This document shows, one piece after another, positions 38,107 through 47,902 of a stretch of DNA of 64,000 nucleotides. The DNA is from Pseudomonadota bacterium. Its GTDB lineage: Bacteria > Pseudomonadota > Alphaproteobacteria > UBA2136 > JAPKEQ01. The stretch spans positions 613-64,612 of the forward strand of contig JAYZXF010000018.1 in the NCBI GenBank assembly GCA_036141575.1, given 5' to 3'. The notes beneath the pieces are model-generated. The model was not told the DNA's origin and did no database searches. It saw only the letters and a list, made by a program, of their open reading frames with translations. The position numbers were made by a program, and so were the translations under genes. The first letter of the stretch is position 1, and each line of letters begins with the position of its first letter.

Positions 38107-38568
38107 ATGAGACGTGTCATACTCGCACTAGATGTACAAGAACGGTTCCAGACGCCGCAAATGGTGGTACAGGGAATCCAAAAACTTGCATCTAAGTACC
38201 CGTTGGTTGCCACACTCTTTACTCATGAAGAAGAAGATGTGCCATTTGACCGTCTTGTAAAATGGAAAGGTCCAATTGAGGACTCTCTCTCTCTTCAAAC
38301 AGAACATGTTTATAACCGCCACGGTTACCACCTGCCTGTAGAGCTGCTTGCGCTTCTTAAAGAGAATCAAGTAGACGAAGTTTACATTACGGGTGGGAAA
38401 AACGAGACGTTCCTGATTACTGCTGCAACAGACCTGTTTGATATTGGTATTAAGCCAAACATGGTGGCACCACTTTGTTTGACGGGTCAGTTCCACCAGA
38501 TGAGTGTATTGATGCGTATGTGGGAACAGAACCTGGGCGGTGTTTACGAGAACACGCACGAACTTTAA
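38107..38568 (+). CDS. hypothetical protein, possibly a degenerate isochorismatase-like (cysteine hydrolase) fold
   Basis: VILALDVQERF start and VYITGGKNETFLITAATDLFDIGIKPNMV resemble the family pattern, but the nucleophile Cys position is Phe. The start abuts the GT4 stop. Confidence 0.4.
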   Translation: MRRVILALDVQERFQTPQMVVQGIQKLASKYPLVATLFTHEEEDVPFDRLVKWKGPIEDSLSLQTEHVYNRHGYHLPVELLALLKENQVDEVYITGGKNETFLITAATDLFDIGIKPNMVAPLCLTGQFHQMSVLMRMWEQNLGGVYENTHEL

Positions 38569-39197
38569 TTTTTAAAGTTTTCTTTCATAAATTCTAGCGC
38601 CACACTGAGCCCTTGCTCGCCAATATAGTGCGCCACACCTTCTTCTTTAGTCAGAGAAACGTTAAAGCCAAGCTTTTTAAGGGCCTGTTCAGACCTGCTG
38701 CTTTGTTCGTGAGGGACTACATCATCTTGAATGCCGTGAATCAGTGAGATATTTGGTTTATGGAAAGGTTCTTCTAGCTTCTCTTCCCACATCATTTTAC
38801 CACTGAACCCAAGGACACCAGCAATTTTATGTTTAAATCGCGGAGCTGAAAACAGGCTCATCATTGTGCCTTGTGAAAAGCCAAAGAGGATCACTTTATC
38901 GTGTGAAATGCCAAGACCATCTACAATGTTCTCTTGAATGTAATCTTCAAGCTTGGCATGAGTTTCAACCATGCCGTCATAATCTTTAAAGGTCCAGTTG
39001 TTATCACTAAACCATTGGTACCCCATGCCCATAGGTGTTGTGGCTGGGCCGTTAGGGGCAAAGAAAGCCGTTTCTGGAAATACAGCGCTGAGCATGCCTG
39101 CTAGGCTGATGAGGTCCTCTCCATTTGAGCCAAACCCGTGTAAGAATACACAAGCATTTTTCGGGTTTTTAGGGATAAGTGTTGGGCCTTGGAGCAC
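38565..39197 (-). CDS. phospholipase/carboxylesterase family alpha/beta hydrolase
   Basis: HGFGSNGEDL and the nucleophile elbow GFSQG. Confidence 0.75.
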   Translation of the reverse strand: MLQGPTLIPKNPKNACVFLHGFGSNGEDLISLAGMLSAVFPETAFFAPNGPATTPMGMGYQWFSDNNWTFKDYDGMVETHAKLEDYIQENIVDGLGISHDKVILFGFSQGTMMSLFSAPRFKHKIAGVLGFSGKMMWEEKLEEPFHKPNISLIHGIQDDVVPHEQSSRSEQALKKLGFNVSLTKEEGVAHYIGEQGLSVALEFMKENFKN

Positions 39198-39202
39198 GGT
39201 TG

Positions 39203-39604
39203 TTACCTTCTGAATGTTAAGTTGCCAAAAGGGAGAAGGCCTTCTACACCATCGATGTAAATGAGAATGTCATCGCCTTTTTGTTTTTGAGCGTCTACCA
39301 CAGTGCCTTGCTTGACTTCGCCAAGAGGTTTTTTAGTTGTAGGATGTAGGAGAGTAGAGGTTTCATTCACCATAGCGTAAGCAGGAAGCACCAGTTTAGG
39401 CACAGCAATAACTTCTGTTGCACTCACTCCAGTAATTTCAGGTTTTTCATCTGGTTTAGGTGTGACGACGTTTTTACCGAGTGTAAAGATAGGTTTTAAA
39501 AAATCTGGGAGCTCGCCTCTGCCATCGAGTTCATGGCCTTTCACAATGAAAACCACAATGATACCAATAATAATGATAAAAACAGCTTCTCTTGATTTGT
39601 CCAT
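39203..39604 (-). CDS. membrane-anchored protein with a C-terminal SH3-like segment
   Basis: Single N-terminal TM (AVFIIIIGIIVVFIV). The C-terminal pattern PLGEVKQGTVVDA...GDDILIYIDGVEGLLP is SH3b-like. Confidence 0.45.
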   Translation of the reverse strand: MDKSREAVFIIIIGIIVVFIVKGHELDGRGELPDFLKPIFTLGKNVVTPKPDEKPEITGVSATEVIAVPKLVLPAYAMVNETSTLLHPTTKKPLGEVKQGTVVDAQKQKGDDILIYIDGVEGLLPFGNLTFRR

Positions 39605-39667
39605 GCGGGTATTCTAGCCTTCAGCCTTATGTTATAAATGTGTGCTGATTATATTAGGAATGATCGA

Positions 39668-40288
39668 ATGAGAGGTCAAGTGGTGCTAAGAACATCTTTT
39701 GCAATTATTTTAGGTTTAATGGCTTCTATGCCTGCTTTGGCAGAGAACTCGTCTGAGAGTTTTGAAAAATATCTGACCTCTGTGAAAACTTTAGATGGAA
39801 CATTTCAACAGTATGTATCAGGGTTTATGCCGCGCACGGGATCTGTGGTGTTTGAGCGCCCTAAAAAGTTTGTGTGGCGTTACGGAGAGCCTGAGCCACA
39901 AAAACTGATTTCAACAGGCAATGCTCTATACTTTATTGATGAAAATAGCGAGCAGGTTACAACATTGCCGCAAGATATTGCGCTGACGAAACTTATGTTT
40001 GGTGAGGAGGTTGTGTTTAATAGTGAGGTGACAAAGCTCACAAGCATTACACGCCAAGAAGGCCATGCTTATGTGCATATTGATGTGCTAGACAGTGAGA
40101 CGTGGCAGGCTGATATTGATGCGCTTACCTTGGTGTTTAAAGAAGAGCCGATTCAGCTAGTAGGGTTAACAACAGTTGACCGTCTTGGGAATCAGGTGGA
40201 TCTATACTTTGAAAGCCTTACACTCAATAAGCCTGTAGATAGATCTATCTTTAAGTATACGCCACCTCAGTATGAGAGGTCAGACTAG
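39668..40288 (+). CDS. lolA: outer-membrane lipoprotein carrier protein LolA
   Basis: Signal peptide ending ALA, F-Q-Q motif (LDGTFQQ), about 200 aa. AGGAA lies upstream of the ATG at 39668. Confidence 0.7.
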   Translation: MRGQVVLRTSFAIILGLMASMPALAENSSESFEKYLTSVKTLDGTFQQYVSGFMPRTGSVVFERPKKFVWRYGEPEPQKLISTGNALYFIDENSEQVTTLPQDIALTKLMFGEEVVFNSEVTKLTSITRQEGHAYVHIDVLDSETWQADIDALTLVFKEEPIQLVGLTTVDRLGNQVDLYFESLTLNKPVDRSIFKYTPPQYERSD

Positions 40289-41052
40289 AACGAAAGTGTT
40301 CTATGGTTTCTTAGTGAGTGAAGTTTTCTACCTTTGTGTGAAAGCTTAGCAAGCTCTTCATCTAGAATATCAGCCATACCAACTTTGAAAGAGAATGTGT
40401 AGATATCACAGTCTTGTTTGAAGCCTTTAAGTTCTTCTTCAAGATCGTTTGCTGTTGTGTGTTTGCTAAGGCCAGCCACATGCTGTTCAGCATTTGGAAA
40501 TGACATATCCATAATGAGTGCTTTGAGGTTTTCAGCTTCATTCGCCACGCGCCATAGCTCCGGGCAAGGTGCTGTATCCGCAGAAAAGACCACAGAAGAT
40601 TTTTCATCTGCAAGTTTGTAACCGAGAGTTGGAACCGTATGATCGACTGCAAAAGGCATAACGTTTAAGCCGCCAGCATTGTATATTTCGAGCGGTTTAA
40701 TTTCTTTCATTGTGAACTGGCCTTTGTCTGGCGTTGGCAGCACAGAAAAATCAGGCCAAATGCGATTGTTAAAAACATGCTCTCTAAGCGTTTGAAGTGT
40801 GTAGTCAGAGCCGTAAATTGTGAGAGGTTTTTCACGACGCTCAAACGTTGCATCAAGGAAGAAGGGTAGGTCTACAATGTGGTCAAAGTGTGTGTGTGTG
40901 AAGAAGAGGTGCTCAATTTTGCAGGCACGTTCCAGTGTAAGCTCTGATTGAATTGTTCCCGCATCAATAAGAACTGTATCATTAAAGAGCAGAGACGTTG
41001 TCTTGTAGCCAAGACCTCTGCCGCCATCACATCCAAGTACATCTAGTTTCAA
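40285..41052 (-). CDS. class II 3',5'-cyclic-nucleotide phosphodiesterase (MBL fold)
   Basis: HTHFDHIVD metal motif and an overall layout like CpdP/PDE1-type enzymes. Confidence 0.7.
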   Translation of the reverse strand: MKLDVLGCDGGRGLGYKTTSLLFNDTVLIDAGTIQSELTLERACKIEHLFFTHTHFDHIVDLPFFLDATFERREKPLTIYGSDYTLQTLREHVFNNRIWPDFSVLPTPDKGQFTMKEIKPLEIYNAGGLNVMPFAVDHTVPTLGYKLADEKSSVVFSADTAPCPELWRVANEAENLKALIMDMSFPNAEQHVAGLSKHTTANDLEEELKGFKQDCDIYTFSFKVGMADILDEELAKLSHKGRKLHSLRNHRTLSF

Positions 41053-41067
41053 AAAACGGTACCACCC

Positions 41068-41883
41068 TTAGTAGGTTACTCTTTTGCCTCCGCCTTCTTT
41101 AGGAGGGAAGGTTGGTTCAAACTGGCCAAGCCTGTTTGCTTCCTCTAATAACGGTACCATATCTGTATTAATGGTGTCGAAAATCTGCTTCAGATCATCG
41201 ATTACGTAGTAAATTGTTTGATAAATATCAATGCGGTATGGCGTACGGAACACACTTACAGGGTCATAGGGGCGTCTTTCTGGTACGTTGCTATCAATAG
41301 AATATGGTGTCTCACCTGCTGAAGAGGCAATACCTGCGCCGTAAATGCGGTTTTTGCCATTTTCATTAATGAGGCCAAATTCAACAGTAAACCAGAAGAG
41401 TTTTTGCATAAGCCAGAGATATTTCTTATCCATCTTAAGGGCTTTCTCACCATATTTTTGCATAAAGTCTGCGTAAATAGGATTAGTAAGCATTGGGCAG
41501 TGGCCAAAAATTTCATGGAAAATATCAGGCTCTTTGAGGTAGTCAAACTCTTCTCTTGTGCGGATGAATGTTGCCGCTGGGAATTTTCGCTCACTGAGGA
41601 GTGTGAAGAATTTGGTTGGGCTAATAAGTGCAGGTACAGGCTCAACTTGGAAACCTGTAATACTTTTTAGTGTTTCTGAAACTTCTTTCACTTGAGGAAC
41701 ACGGTCTTCTGGTAGGCCAAGAGCGTCAAGCCCATCCCAAAAAATTTGTGCAGCGTGGTCTTTGAGTGTTTCAATTTGTCGTGCATAGAGGTCTGCCCAA
41801 ATCTGGTCCTCTTCCTTTGTGTAAGTAAATAGACCATTCTTATCAGGCGTTTTTGAAACGTATGTAGACTCTTTCATTTGCAC
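41068..41883 (-). CDS. phhA: phenylalanine 4-hydroxylase
   Basis: Iron ligand region PDIFHEIFGHCPML and EFGL; 271 aa, bacterial short form. Confidence 0.85.
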   Translation of the reverse strand: MQMKESTYVSKTPDKNGLFTYTKEEDQIWADLYARQIETLKDHAAQIFWDGLDALGLPEDRVPQVKEVSETLKSITGFQVEPVPALISPTKFFTLLSERKFPAATFIRTREEFDYLKEPDIFHEIFGHCPMLTNPIYADFMQKYGEKALKMDKKYLWLMQKLFWFTVEFGLINENGKNRIYGAGIASSAGETPYSIDSNVPERRPYDPVSVFRTPYRIDIYQTIYYVIDDLKQIFDTINTDMVPLLEEANRLGQFEPTFPPKEGGGKRVTY

Positions 41884-42017
41884 TCCTTATTCAGTTTTAG
41901 AAATGTCATCCTAGATGAAGTTGGTGCTTGATATCAAACGAAACTTCGTGTTTAGTTAAAAACACTTAAAGCCATGTGGCTTTTGCAAATAATTTATAAA
42001 CAGAAAGAGATGATGAA

Positions 42018-42968
42018 ATGGACTTTTCTCAGTTTCCCCAGCTAGATGAAAATACACGCAGTCAGCTGTTTGAAACAGCGACAATGTACGGCATGCAGTT
42101 TGTTGCAGCTGTAATAACACTAATTGTTGGTTTTACCCTTGCAAAGTGGGCAAGTAAACTTGCTTACAAAGGCCTGAAGCGTATTCCTGAATTTGATGAG
42201 ATGCTTGCGCGCTTCCTACAAAGCATGGTGCGTTACGCGATCCTTGCCTTCACGATTGTAGCCGTGCTTTCTAAGTTTGGCGTACAAACAGCCAGCTTGG
42301 TTGCAGTTATTGGTGCCGCCGGTCTTGCTATTGGTCTTGCTCTTCAAGGTACACTGAGCCACATTGCTGCTGGTGTCATGCTTCTTATCTTCCGCCCATT
42401 TAAATTGGGTGAGTACGTAGATGCTGGCGGTATTGCTGGTACTGTAAAGGATATGAATCTGTTCACAACCGAGCTTGCAACACCAGATAACATCCAGATC
42501 ATCGTTCCAAACGGTCAAATTTGGGGTCAAGCTATTAAGAACTTCAGTTCTCCAAAAACACGTCGTGTGGATGTGGTTGTGGGTATCGATTACTCAGACA
42601 ACATTGATGACGGTATCAAAATTATGAAAGATGTAATGAAGAAGGATAAACGTATCCAGACATCTCCGGCGCCAATGGCTGCAGTCACAGATCTTGGTGA
42701 TAACAGCGTCAACTTTACTGTGCGTGCATGGGTGAAGACGCCTGATTTCTGGGATGTGAAGTTTGACCTAACGAAGAAGGTGAAGCTTGCTCTTGATGAA
42801 GCGGGTCTATCTATTCCATTCCCACAGCGTACACTTCACATTGTGAACGGTACGTCTGCTGATGTTGTTTCTGCTCCTAAAAAAACTGAAACAAAACCAG
42901 CAGCTGAAAAAAAGACAACTGCTAAGAAAACAGTAGCGAAGAAGACGACAACTAAAAAAGCGTCTTAA
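42018..42968 (+). CDS. small-conductance mechanosensitive channel (MscS family) with a Lys/Thr/Ala-rich C-terminal tail
   Basis: Three TM helices, LSHIAAGVMLLIFRPFKLGEYV pore/beta-domain junction; the tail is KKTETKPAAEKKTTAKKTVAKKTTTKKAS. Confidence 0.85.
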   Translation: MDFSQFPQLDENTRSQLFETATMYGMQFVAAVITLIVGFTLAKWASKLAYKGLKRIPEFDEMLARFLQSMVRYAILAFTIVAVLSKFGVQTASLVAVIGAAGLAIGLALQGTLSHIAAGVMLLIFRPFKLGEYVDAGGIAGTVKDMNLFTTELATPDNIQIIVPNGQIWGQAIKNFSSPKTRRVDVVVGIDYSDNIDDGIKIMKDVMKKDKRIQTSPAPMAAVTDLGDNSVNFTVRAWVKTPDFWDVKFDLTKKVKLALDEAGLSIPFPQRTLHIVNGTSADVVSAPKKTETKPAAEKKTTAKKTVAKKTTTKKAS

Positions 42969-42981
42969 TGTCTGAATGTTT

Positions 42982-43012
42982 AAAAGGCCACCGATTGGTG
43001 GCCTTTTTTATT
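42982..43012. terminator. bidirectional rho-independent terminator between mscS and fxsA
   Basis: Stem ggccacc / ggtggcc flanked by an A-run and a T-run. Confidence 0.8.
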
Positions 43013-43478
43013 TTTCTTTGTCTTCATCGACAACGGTGTAGTCCGCATCAATAATGCCATCATCAGCAAAAGTTTTACGCTCTGGTTTTTGCTGAGGGCC
43101 GCCTTGCATACCATGCATAGTAAATGAGGCACCAATGCCACCTTTAGGAACCGCTTTCATAATACCTTTAATGAGGCTTTTTTGAACAAAAGGAATGAGG
43201 AGGATAATACCTAAAAAATCTGTCATGAACCCTGGTATCATAATCAGAGAAGCAGCAAGAAAGCGTGTTAGAAGCTTGCCTCCAATATCAGCACCTGCGC
43301 CAATTTTCATGTAATCATTCATCGCTTGTTCTCTCGGAGCAGCAGACATGAGGTATTTACCCCAGTAAAAAGTGACTACTGTCCACAATACAACATGTAA
43401 AAAACCAATTTCAATGGCAGCAACAACCAGTCCTGCAATCTCAAGGATTGGAATAAGCAGTAGTAAAATAATCGGCAT
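43008..43478 (-). CDS. fxsA: FxsA family membrane protein
   Basis: MPIILLLLIPILEIAGLVVAAIEIG start and PGFMTDFLGIILLIP motif. The upstream extension in the ORF track is rejected. Confidence 0.7.
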   Translation of the reverse strand: MPIILLLLIPILEIAGLVVAAIEIGFLHVVLWTVVTFYWGKYLMSAAPREQAMNDYMKIGAGADIGGKLLTRFLAASLIMIPGFMTDFLGIILLIPFVQKSLIKGIMKAVPKGGIGASFTMHGMQGGPQQKPERKTFADDGIIDADYTVVDEDKEK

Positions 43479-43529
43479 ATGAATTCTCTTCTCTTGACTA
43501 AATCTCCAAAAGCCACCATACCACCTTTT

Positions 43530-44039
43530 ATGAAACAGTACACACCAGAGATGATGAAAGCTCATTTAGATGAACAGGGCTTTGAATATTCATTCCACGA
43601 GCATCCAGCTGTATATACAGCAGATGAAGCCGCAGAGCATACAGGCCACCTTGTTGGAGGCCATTGTAAAAACCTTTTTGTAAAAGATAAAAAGAGCAAA
43701 ATGTGGCTTATTACCGTATGTGATGAAACACGTGTAGATTTAAAAGCTCTTGGTAAAATGTTGGGTGCAAAATCAAACCTGAGTTTTGCAAATGAAGAGC
43801 GCCTAGATCAGTACCTAGGTGTGAAGCCGGGTTCAGTGACACCGCTTTCTCTTATTCATGATACAGAAGGTGAAGTAACAGCAATTATTGAAGAGAAACT
43901 CACACAGCATAATGTGATTTATGTCCACCCGCTGATTAACACGATGACAGTTGGTCTTAAAACAACAGATCTAATGAAGTTTTATGACAGTGTTGGTGGT
44001 GTAACGGTTATGGAACTCCCAGAAAGAGATATGTCTTAA
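43530..44039 (+). CDS. YbaK/ProX-type aminoacyl-tRNA editing (deacylase) domain protein
   Basis: HPAVYTADEAAEH, CKNLFVKDKK and GSVTPL motifs. The start is uncertain (43530 or 43551). Confidence 0.7.
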   Translation: MKQYTPEMMKAHLDEQGFEYSFHEHPAVYTADEAAEHTGHLVGGHCKNLFVKDKKSKMWLITVCDETRVDLKALGKMLGAKSNLSFANEERLDQYLGVKPGSVTPLSLIHDTEGEVTAIIEEKLTQHNVIYVHPLINTMTVGLKTTDLMKFYDSVGGVTVMELPERDMS

Positions 44040-45304
44040 TGAGTGAAGGTTTAGAAAGCCGCTTGGCAGCGTTTCAGCTTTTAAATGGCGTTTATGTTGA
44101 TAAGCGAACACTAGAGCAACTTGAGAAAAGAATGGTTGGTTTCTTGCCAAACCAAGATCAAAAATTTGCTATGGCTCTTGCCCATGCCACTTTGAAGTGG
44201 GATGGTGCGCTAAACCGTATGATTAAGCAGTTTGTAAAACCTAAAATTGGCCATAGTGAACGCCTGATCCTTAAGCTTGGTATGTGCCAAATGGTGTTTA
44301 TGGACGGGGTCGCAGATCATGCTGCTATTCATAGTAGTGTAGAGCTTTCACGTGAAGTGGGCATTGGCCATGCCTCAAAGCTGATTAATGGTGTGTTGCG
44401 CTCTATGCAGCGCGCTAAAGTTTCAAAACACGATTACTCAAAAGTAGAAACAGTCTCAAAGTGGATTGCGCGTTCTTTGAAAGAGCATTACGGCAATGAT
44501 TCTGAAATGATTGTGGCTTCTATGCTTGAGGAACCTTCTGTGTATGTGCGCAAACGTCGTGGCAATGCTACAGATGAGCGTTTAACGGTTGTTAAAGGGT
44601 TGGATGGCACATATCTGGTGCCAAAAGATTTACCCCTTAACCATTTGGAAGGTTGGGATGATGGTGCTTACATTGTGCAGGATATTAGTGCACAAGCTCC
44701 AGCACATGTTTTGGCTGATTTATATAACAAGCAAAGCCTTAAAGGCAGTGTGGTTGATATGTGCGCCGCGCCGGGTGGAAAGACAGTTCAGTTATTTGAT
44801 CTACTTCCTGATGCGGAACATGTGGCATGTGAGTTGAGTGAAAAGCGTGCCAAGCGCATGCAAGAAAACTTGGAGCGTTGCAAGGTTAAGGCAGATGTTA
44901 AAGTGCAAGATGCAGGCACACTTGAAGGCACATATGATGCTGTTCTTCTTGATGCACCGTGCAGTGCTACAGGAACAACAAGACGCCACCCTGATGTGTT
45001 CTTTACAAGATCAAAAGATGGTGTGAAAGAGTTGACACATCTACAAGAAAAGCTCCTTGGTAAGGCTGTGGATCTGGTTTCAAAAGATGGTGTTGTGGTT
45101 TACGCGACATGCTCTCTATTGCCTGAAGAAAACGAGAAGCTTATAGAGACATTCTTGGAAAAAAATAAGTCGGTTGAACTTATTGATTTATCGGCGTACA
45201 CATGGCCGTCACAAATTAAAGCGCCTATGGGGGGCACACTTCGTTTGTCACCAAGCAAAGGCGGAGATGGTTTTTTTGTCGCCGCACTGAGAAAAGTTCA
45301 GTAG
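44039..45304 (+). CDS. rsmB: 16S rRNA m5C methyltransferase (RsmB/Sun family)
   Basis: NusB-like N-terminus, DMCAAPGGKT SAM motif, DAPCSATG and TCSL catalytic Cys motifs. Confidence 0.85.
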   Translation: MSEGLESRLAAFQLLNGVYVDKRTLEQLEKRMVGFLPNQDQKFAMALAHATLKWDGALNRMIKQFVKPKIGHSERLILKLGMCQMVFMDGVADHAAIHSSVELSREVGIGHASKLINGVLRSMQRAKVSKHDYSKVETVSKWIARSLKEHYGNDSEMIVASMLEEPSVYVRKRRGNATDERLTVVKGLDGTYLVPKDLPLNHLEGWDDGAYIVQDISAQAPAHVLADLYNKQSLKGSVVDMCAAPGGKTVQLFDLLPDAEHVACELSEKRAKRMQENLERCKVKADVKVQDAGTLEGTYDAVLLDAPCSATGTTRRHPDVFFTRSKDGVKELTHLQEKLLGKAVDLVSKDGVVVYATCSLLPEENEKLIETFLEKNKSVELIDLSAYTWPSQIKAPMGGTLRLSPSKGGDGFFVAALRKVQ

Positions 45305-45314
45305 TATATTTTTT

Positions 45315-45965
45315 ATGAAAATTGCTCCTTCTATTTTGTCCGCCGATTTTGCCAATATGGCAAGAGATCTTAACGCCTTAAAACCTGCAGGTGCAGACTG
45401 GGTGCATGTTGATGTGATGGATGGTCACTTTGTGCCAAACATGACGTTTGGTGCTCCGCTCATTAAGCAATGGCGTGCTCACACAGATTTGCCATTTGAT
45501 GTGCATTTGATGATTGAAAAATCTGATGACTGGGTGGACGCATACCTTGATGCTGGTGCAGATATTCTCACGCTTCATATTGAGTCTACATCTGATGTGA
45601 AGACTTGTGCAGATAAGGTACATGAAGCAGGTAAAAAGTTTGGCTTGTCTGTTAAGCCGGGAACGCCTGCGGAGGTTCTTTTCCCTTATATGGATCTTCT
45701 TGATCATATTCTAGTGATGACGGTTGAGCCTGGTTTTGGTGGGCAGTCTTTCATGCATGATATGCTTTCTAAAATAACAGAGCTTCGTGCTGCAATTGAT
45801 GAAAGTGGTCGAGATATTACGCTTTCTGTGGATGGTGGTGTGGATGTAAGTACGTTGCCACTTTGTGCAAATGCTGGCGCAGACGTGTTTGTGGCAGGCA
45901 GTGCTGCTTTCAAAAACGGTGAACTGCAAAAAAATATCACAGCCCTGAAACAAAGTGTTCAGTAA
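45315..45965 (+). CDS. rpe: ribulose-phosphate 3-epimerase
   Basis: IAPSILSADF and HVDVMDGHFVPN motifs. Confidence 0.9.
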   Translation: MKIAPSILSADFANMARDLNALKPAGADWVHVDVMDGHFVPNMTFGAPLIKQWRAHTDLPFDVHLMIEKSDDWVDAYLDAGADILTLHIESTSDVKTCADKVHEAGKKFGLSVKPGTPAEVLFPYMDLLDHILVMTVEPGFGGQSFMHDMLSKITELRAAIDESGRDITLSVDGGVDVSTLPLCANAGADVFVAGSAAFKNGELQKNITALKQSVQ

Positions 45966-46041
45966 TTGAACATTTGAGTTGACCCTCACTCTTCTCAGCT
46001 TTACCCTACCCTAGCTTGATAACAAAAATAGGTGTACTGCA

Positions 46042-46671
46042 TTGCTTCCAACAGTACTTTCAGCTGAACAAAGAACATGCCTGATAAAGGTGGGTTTGCT
46101 GAGTGCTATTGAGCAGGAAAAAGGTTTAAGCCAAAGGCAGCTTGCAGGAGAGTTAGGTATTGCTCTTGGTGCAGCAAATGCTCATCTTAAAGAGTGTGTG
46201 AATGATGGCCTTTTACAAAAAGTTCCAAGCTCTCAACAGAAAACGGGATACCGCCTTACGCCTAAGGGTGTTGTTGAAAAAAGCCGTATGGCGTCCGGTT
46301 TGATTATCGAAAATATGAATTTTTACGATCGAGCGAAGGATTCAGTCTTTCAATCTCTTCTTGGGGCCTTAGAAAATGGTTTTAAACACGTTGTTGTTTA
46401 TGGTGACGACGCGCTTTGTGATATTGCTTACCTTGCTGATATGAAATTAAAAAAACGGTGCGTGGTTGGCAGGCTTGGGCCAACCGATACCTACTGGAAA
46501 GACATTGGTCTATATGAAGAAGAGGCGTTGCCAGAAAATATTGATGGTATTTTGTTTTTACAGCTGTTAAACCCTCTTGAGCATTATATGAGGCTTAGGG
46601 ATAAGTGGGGTGCTGAAAGGGTGTTTGTGCCATCAGTGATGGATAGTGTTTTAATGTATAGAGGGAAATAA
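46042..46671 (+). CDS. winged-helix (MarR-like) regulator with an uncharacterised C-terminal domain, at the head of the polysaccharide locus
   Basis: GLSQRQLAGELGIALGAANAHLKECVNDGLLQK is HTH-like. TTG start at 46042; the start is uncertain. Confidence 0.5.
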   Translation: MLPTVLSAEQRTCLIKVGLLSAIEQEKGLSQRQLAGELGIALGAANAHLKECVNDGLLQKVPSSQQKTGYRLTPKGVVEKSRMASGLIIENMNFYDRAKDSVFQSLLGALENGFKHVVVYGDDALCDIAYLADMKLKKRCVVGRLGPTDTYWKDIGLYEEEALPENIDGILFLQLLNPLEHYMRLRDKWGAERVFVPSVMDSVLMYRGK

Positions 46672-46678
46672 AATCTTT

Positions 46679-47845
46679 ATGACGATGGAAAAACAAAAAA
46701 TTATTAGTGTGATCGGGACACGTCCAGATGCCATTAAAATGGCACCTGTTATTCGTGCGTTGAGTTCAGATGATCGTTTTGAGTCTGTTGTTGTAAATAC
46801 AGGTCAGCATAAAGATATGATTCAAGGTGTTCTTGAATGGTTTGACCTTAAACCTGACTACACGTTAGATGTTATGACACCAGGGCAGCCTCTAAGCTAC
46901 CTTGCAGGTAAAGTAATGGCTGGTCTTCATGATATCTTTGTAAAAGAAAACCCTCATATTGTTGCTGTGCACGGTGATACAACAACAGGATTTGTTGCCG
47001 CTCTTGCCGCACATTACTGCTATAACTTTAATGAAAAACGCCCAATTCGCGTAGCGCACGTTGAAGCAGGGCTTCGTACGGATAGTTTGTACGCACCATA
47101 CCCTGAAGAAGGAAACCGTCGCCTGATTGCGCCTCTTGCTTATTGGCACTTTGCACCAACAGAAACAGCTGCAGAAGCTTTGTTTGAAGAGAATGTAACA
47201 GGTAATGTCTTTATTACTGGAAACACTGTTATTGATGCACTGTATGATACCGTTGATACCTTAAAAGCAAATCCAAGGCCATCTCCTGTAGAGCTTGAAG
47301 ATGGTAAGCGTATGCTTCTTGTGACTGGGCACCGTCGTGAAAATTACGGTGATGGTTTTGATAATATTTGTGAGTCATTGAAGCAGCTTGCAGAAGCCAA
47401 TGCTGATCTTGAAATTGTGTACCCTGTACATATGAACCCTGTGGTTAAAGAGGCCGTAGAGAGCCACCTTGCAGGTATTGGAAATGTTCACCTTATTGAA
47501 CCTCAAGATTACCCTGACTTTGTCGCCCTCATAGAGCGTAGTGATATTATTCTGACGGACTCAGGAGGGCTTCAAGAAGAGGCGCCATCTCTTGGTAAGC
47601 CAGTTCTTGTAATGCGTGATGTGACAGAGCGCCCGGATGCGGTGCTTTCTGGTACTGTGAAGTTGGTAGGGACAGATATTGATCGTATTGTGCCAGCCGT
47701 ACAGGAGCTTCTAGATAGTGAGGTTTCCTATAAGAAGATGGCAATGGCAAGCAACCCTTATGGGGACGGGCTTGCGGCTCAACGTATTGTAAACATTCTA
47801 AGTGGCGGCCTTGGTAAGGAAAACACCTTCCACGCAGTTGCTTGA
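46679..47845 (+). CDS. wecB: UDP-N-acetylglucosamine 2-epimerase (non-hydrolysing type)
   Basis: VIGTRPDAIKMAPV, HVEAGLRT and TDSGGLQEEAPSLGKPVLVMR. Confidence 0.9.
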   Translation: MTMEKQKIISVIGTRPDAIKMAPVIRALSSDDRFESVVVNTGQHKDMIQGVLEWFDLKPDYTLDVMTPGQPLSYLAGKVMAGLHDIFVKENPHIVAVHGDTTTGFVAALAAHYCYNFNEKRPIRVAHVEAGLRTDSLYAPYPEEGNRRLIAPLAYWHFAPTETAAEALFEENVTGNVFITGNTVIDALYDTVDTLKANPRPSPVELEDGKRMLLVTGHRRENYGDGFDNICESLKQLAEANADLEIVYPVHMNPVVKEAVESHLAGIGNVHLIEPQDYPDFVALIERSDIILTDSGGLQEEAPSLGKPVLVMRDVTERPDAVLSGTVKLVGTDIDRIVPAVQELLDSEVSYKKMAMASNPYGDGLAAQRIVNILSGGLGKENTFHAVA

Positions 47846-47902
47846 TTTTGCGTGAGGGTTCACGCATAATCCCAGTAGAACTTTCAAAGAAAGGTTATTT
47901 TT

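Noticed and set aside
41930-41960. Imperfect inverted repeat aaacgaaacttcgtgttt in the phhA-mscS divergent region, and a search for a PhhR-type sigma-54 promoter for phhA.
   Set aside because: The arms are imperfect, and no GG-N10-GC motif with acceptable flanks exists on the phhA strand. Only a weak sigma-70-like TTGATA-N18-TAGGAT was seen.
43479-43565. Apparent 87-nt overlap of divergent ORFs (fxsA extension to 43565; ybaK-like ORF from 43479).
   Set aside because: Both extensions lack family-typical N-termini. FxsA starts naturally at MPIILLLL (43478) and the deacylase at 43530 or later, which leaves a normal divergent spacer.
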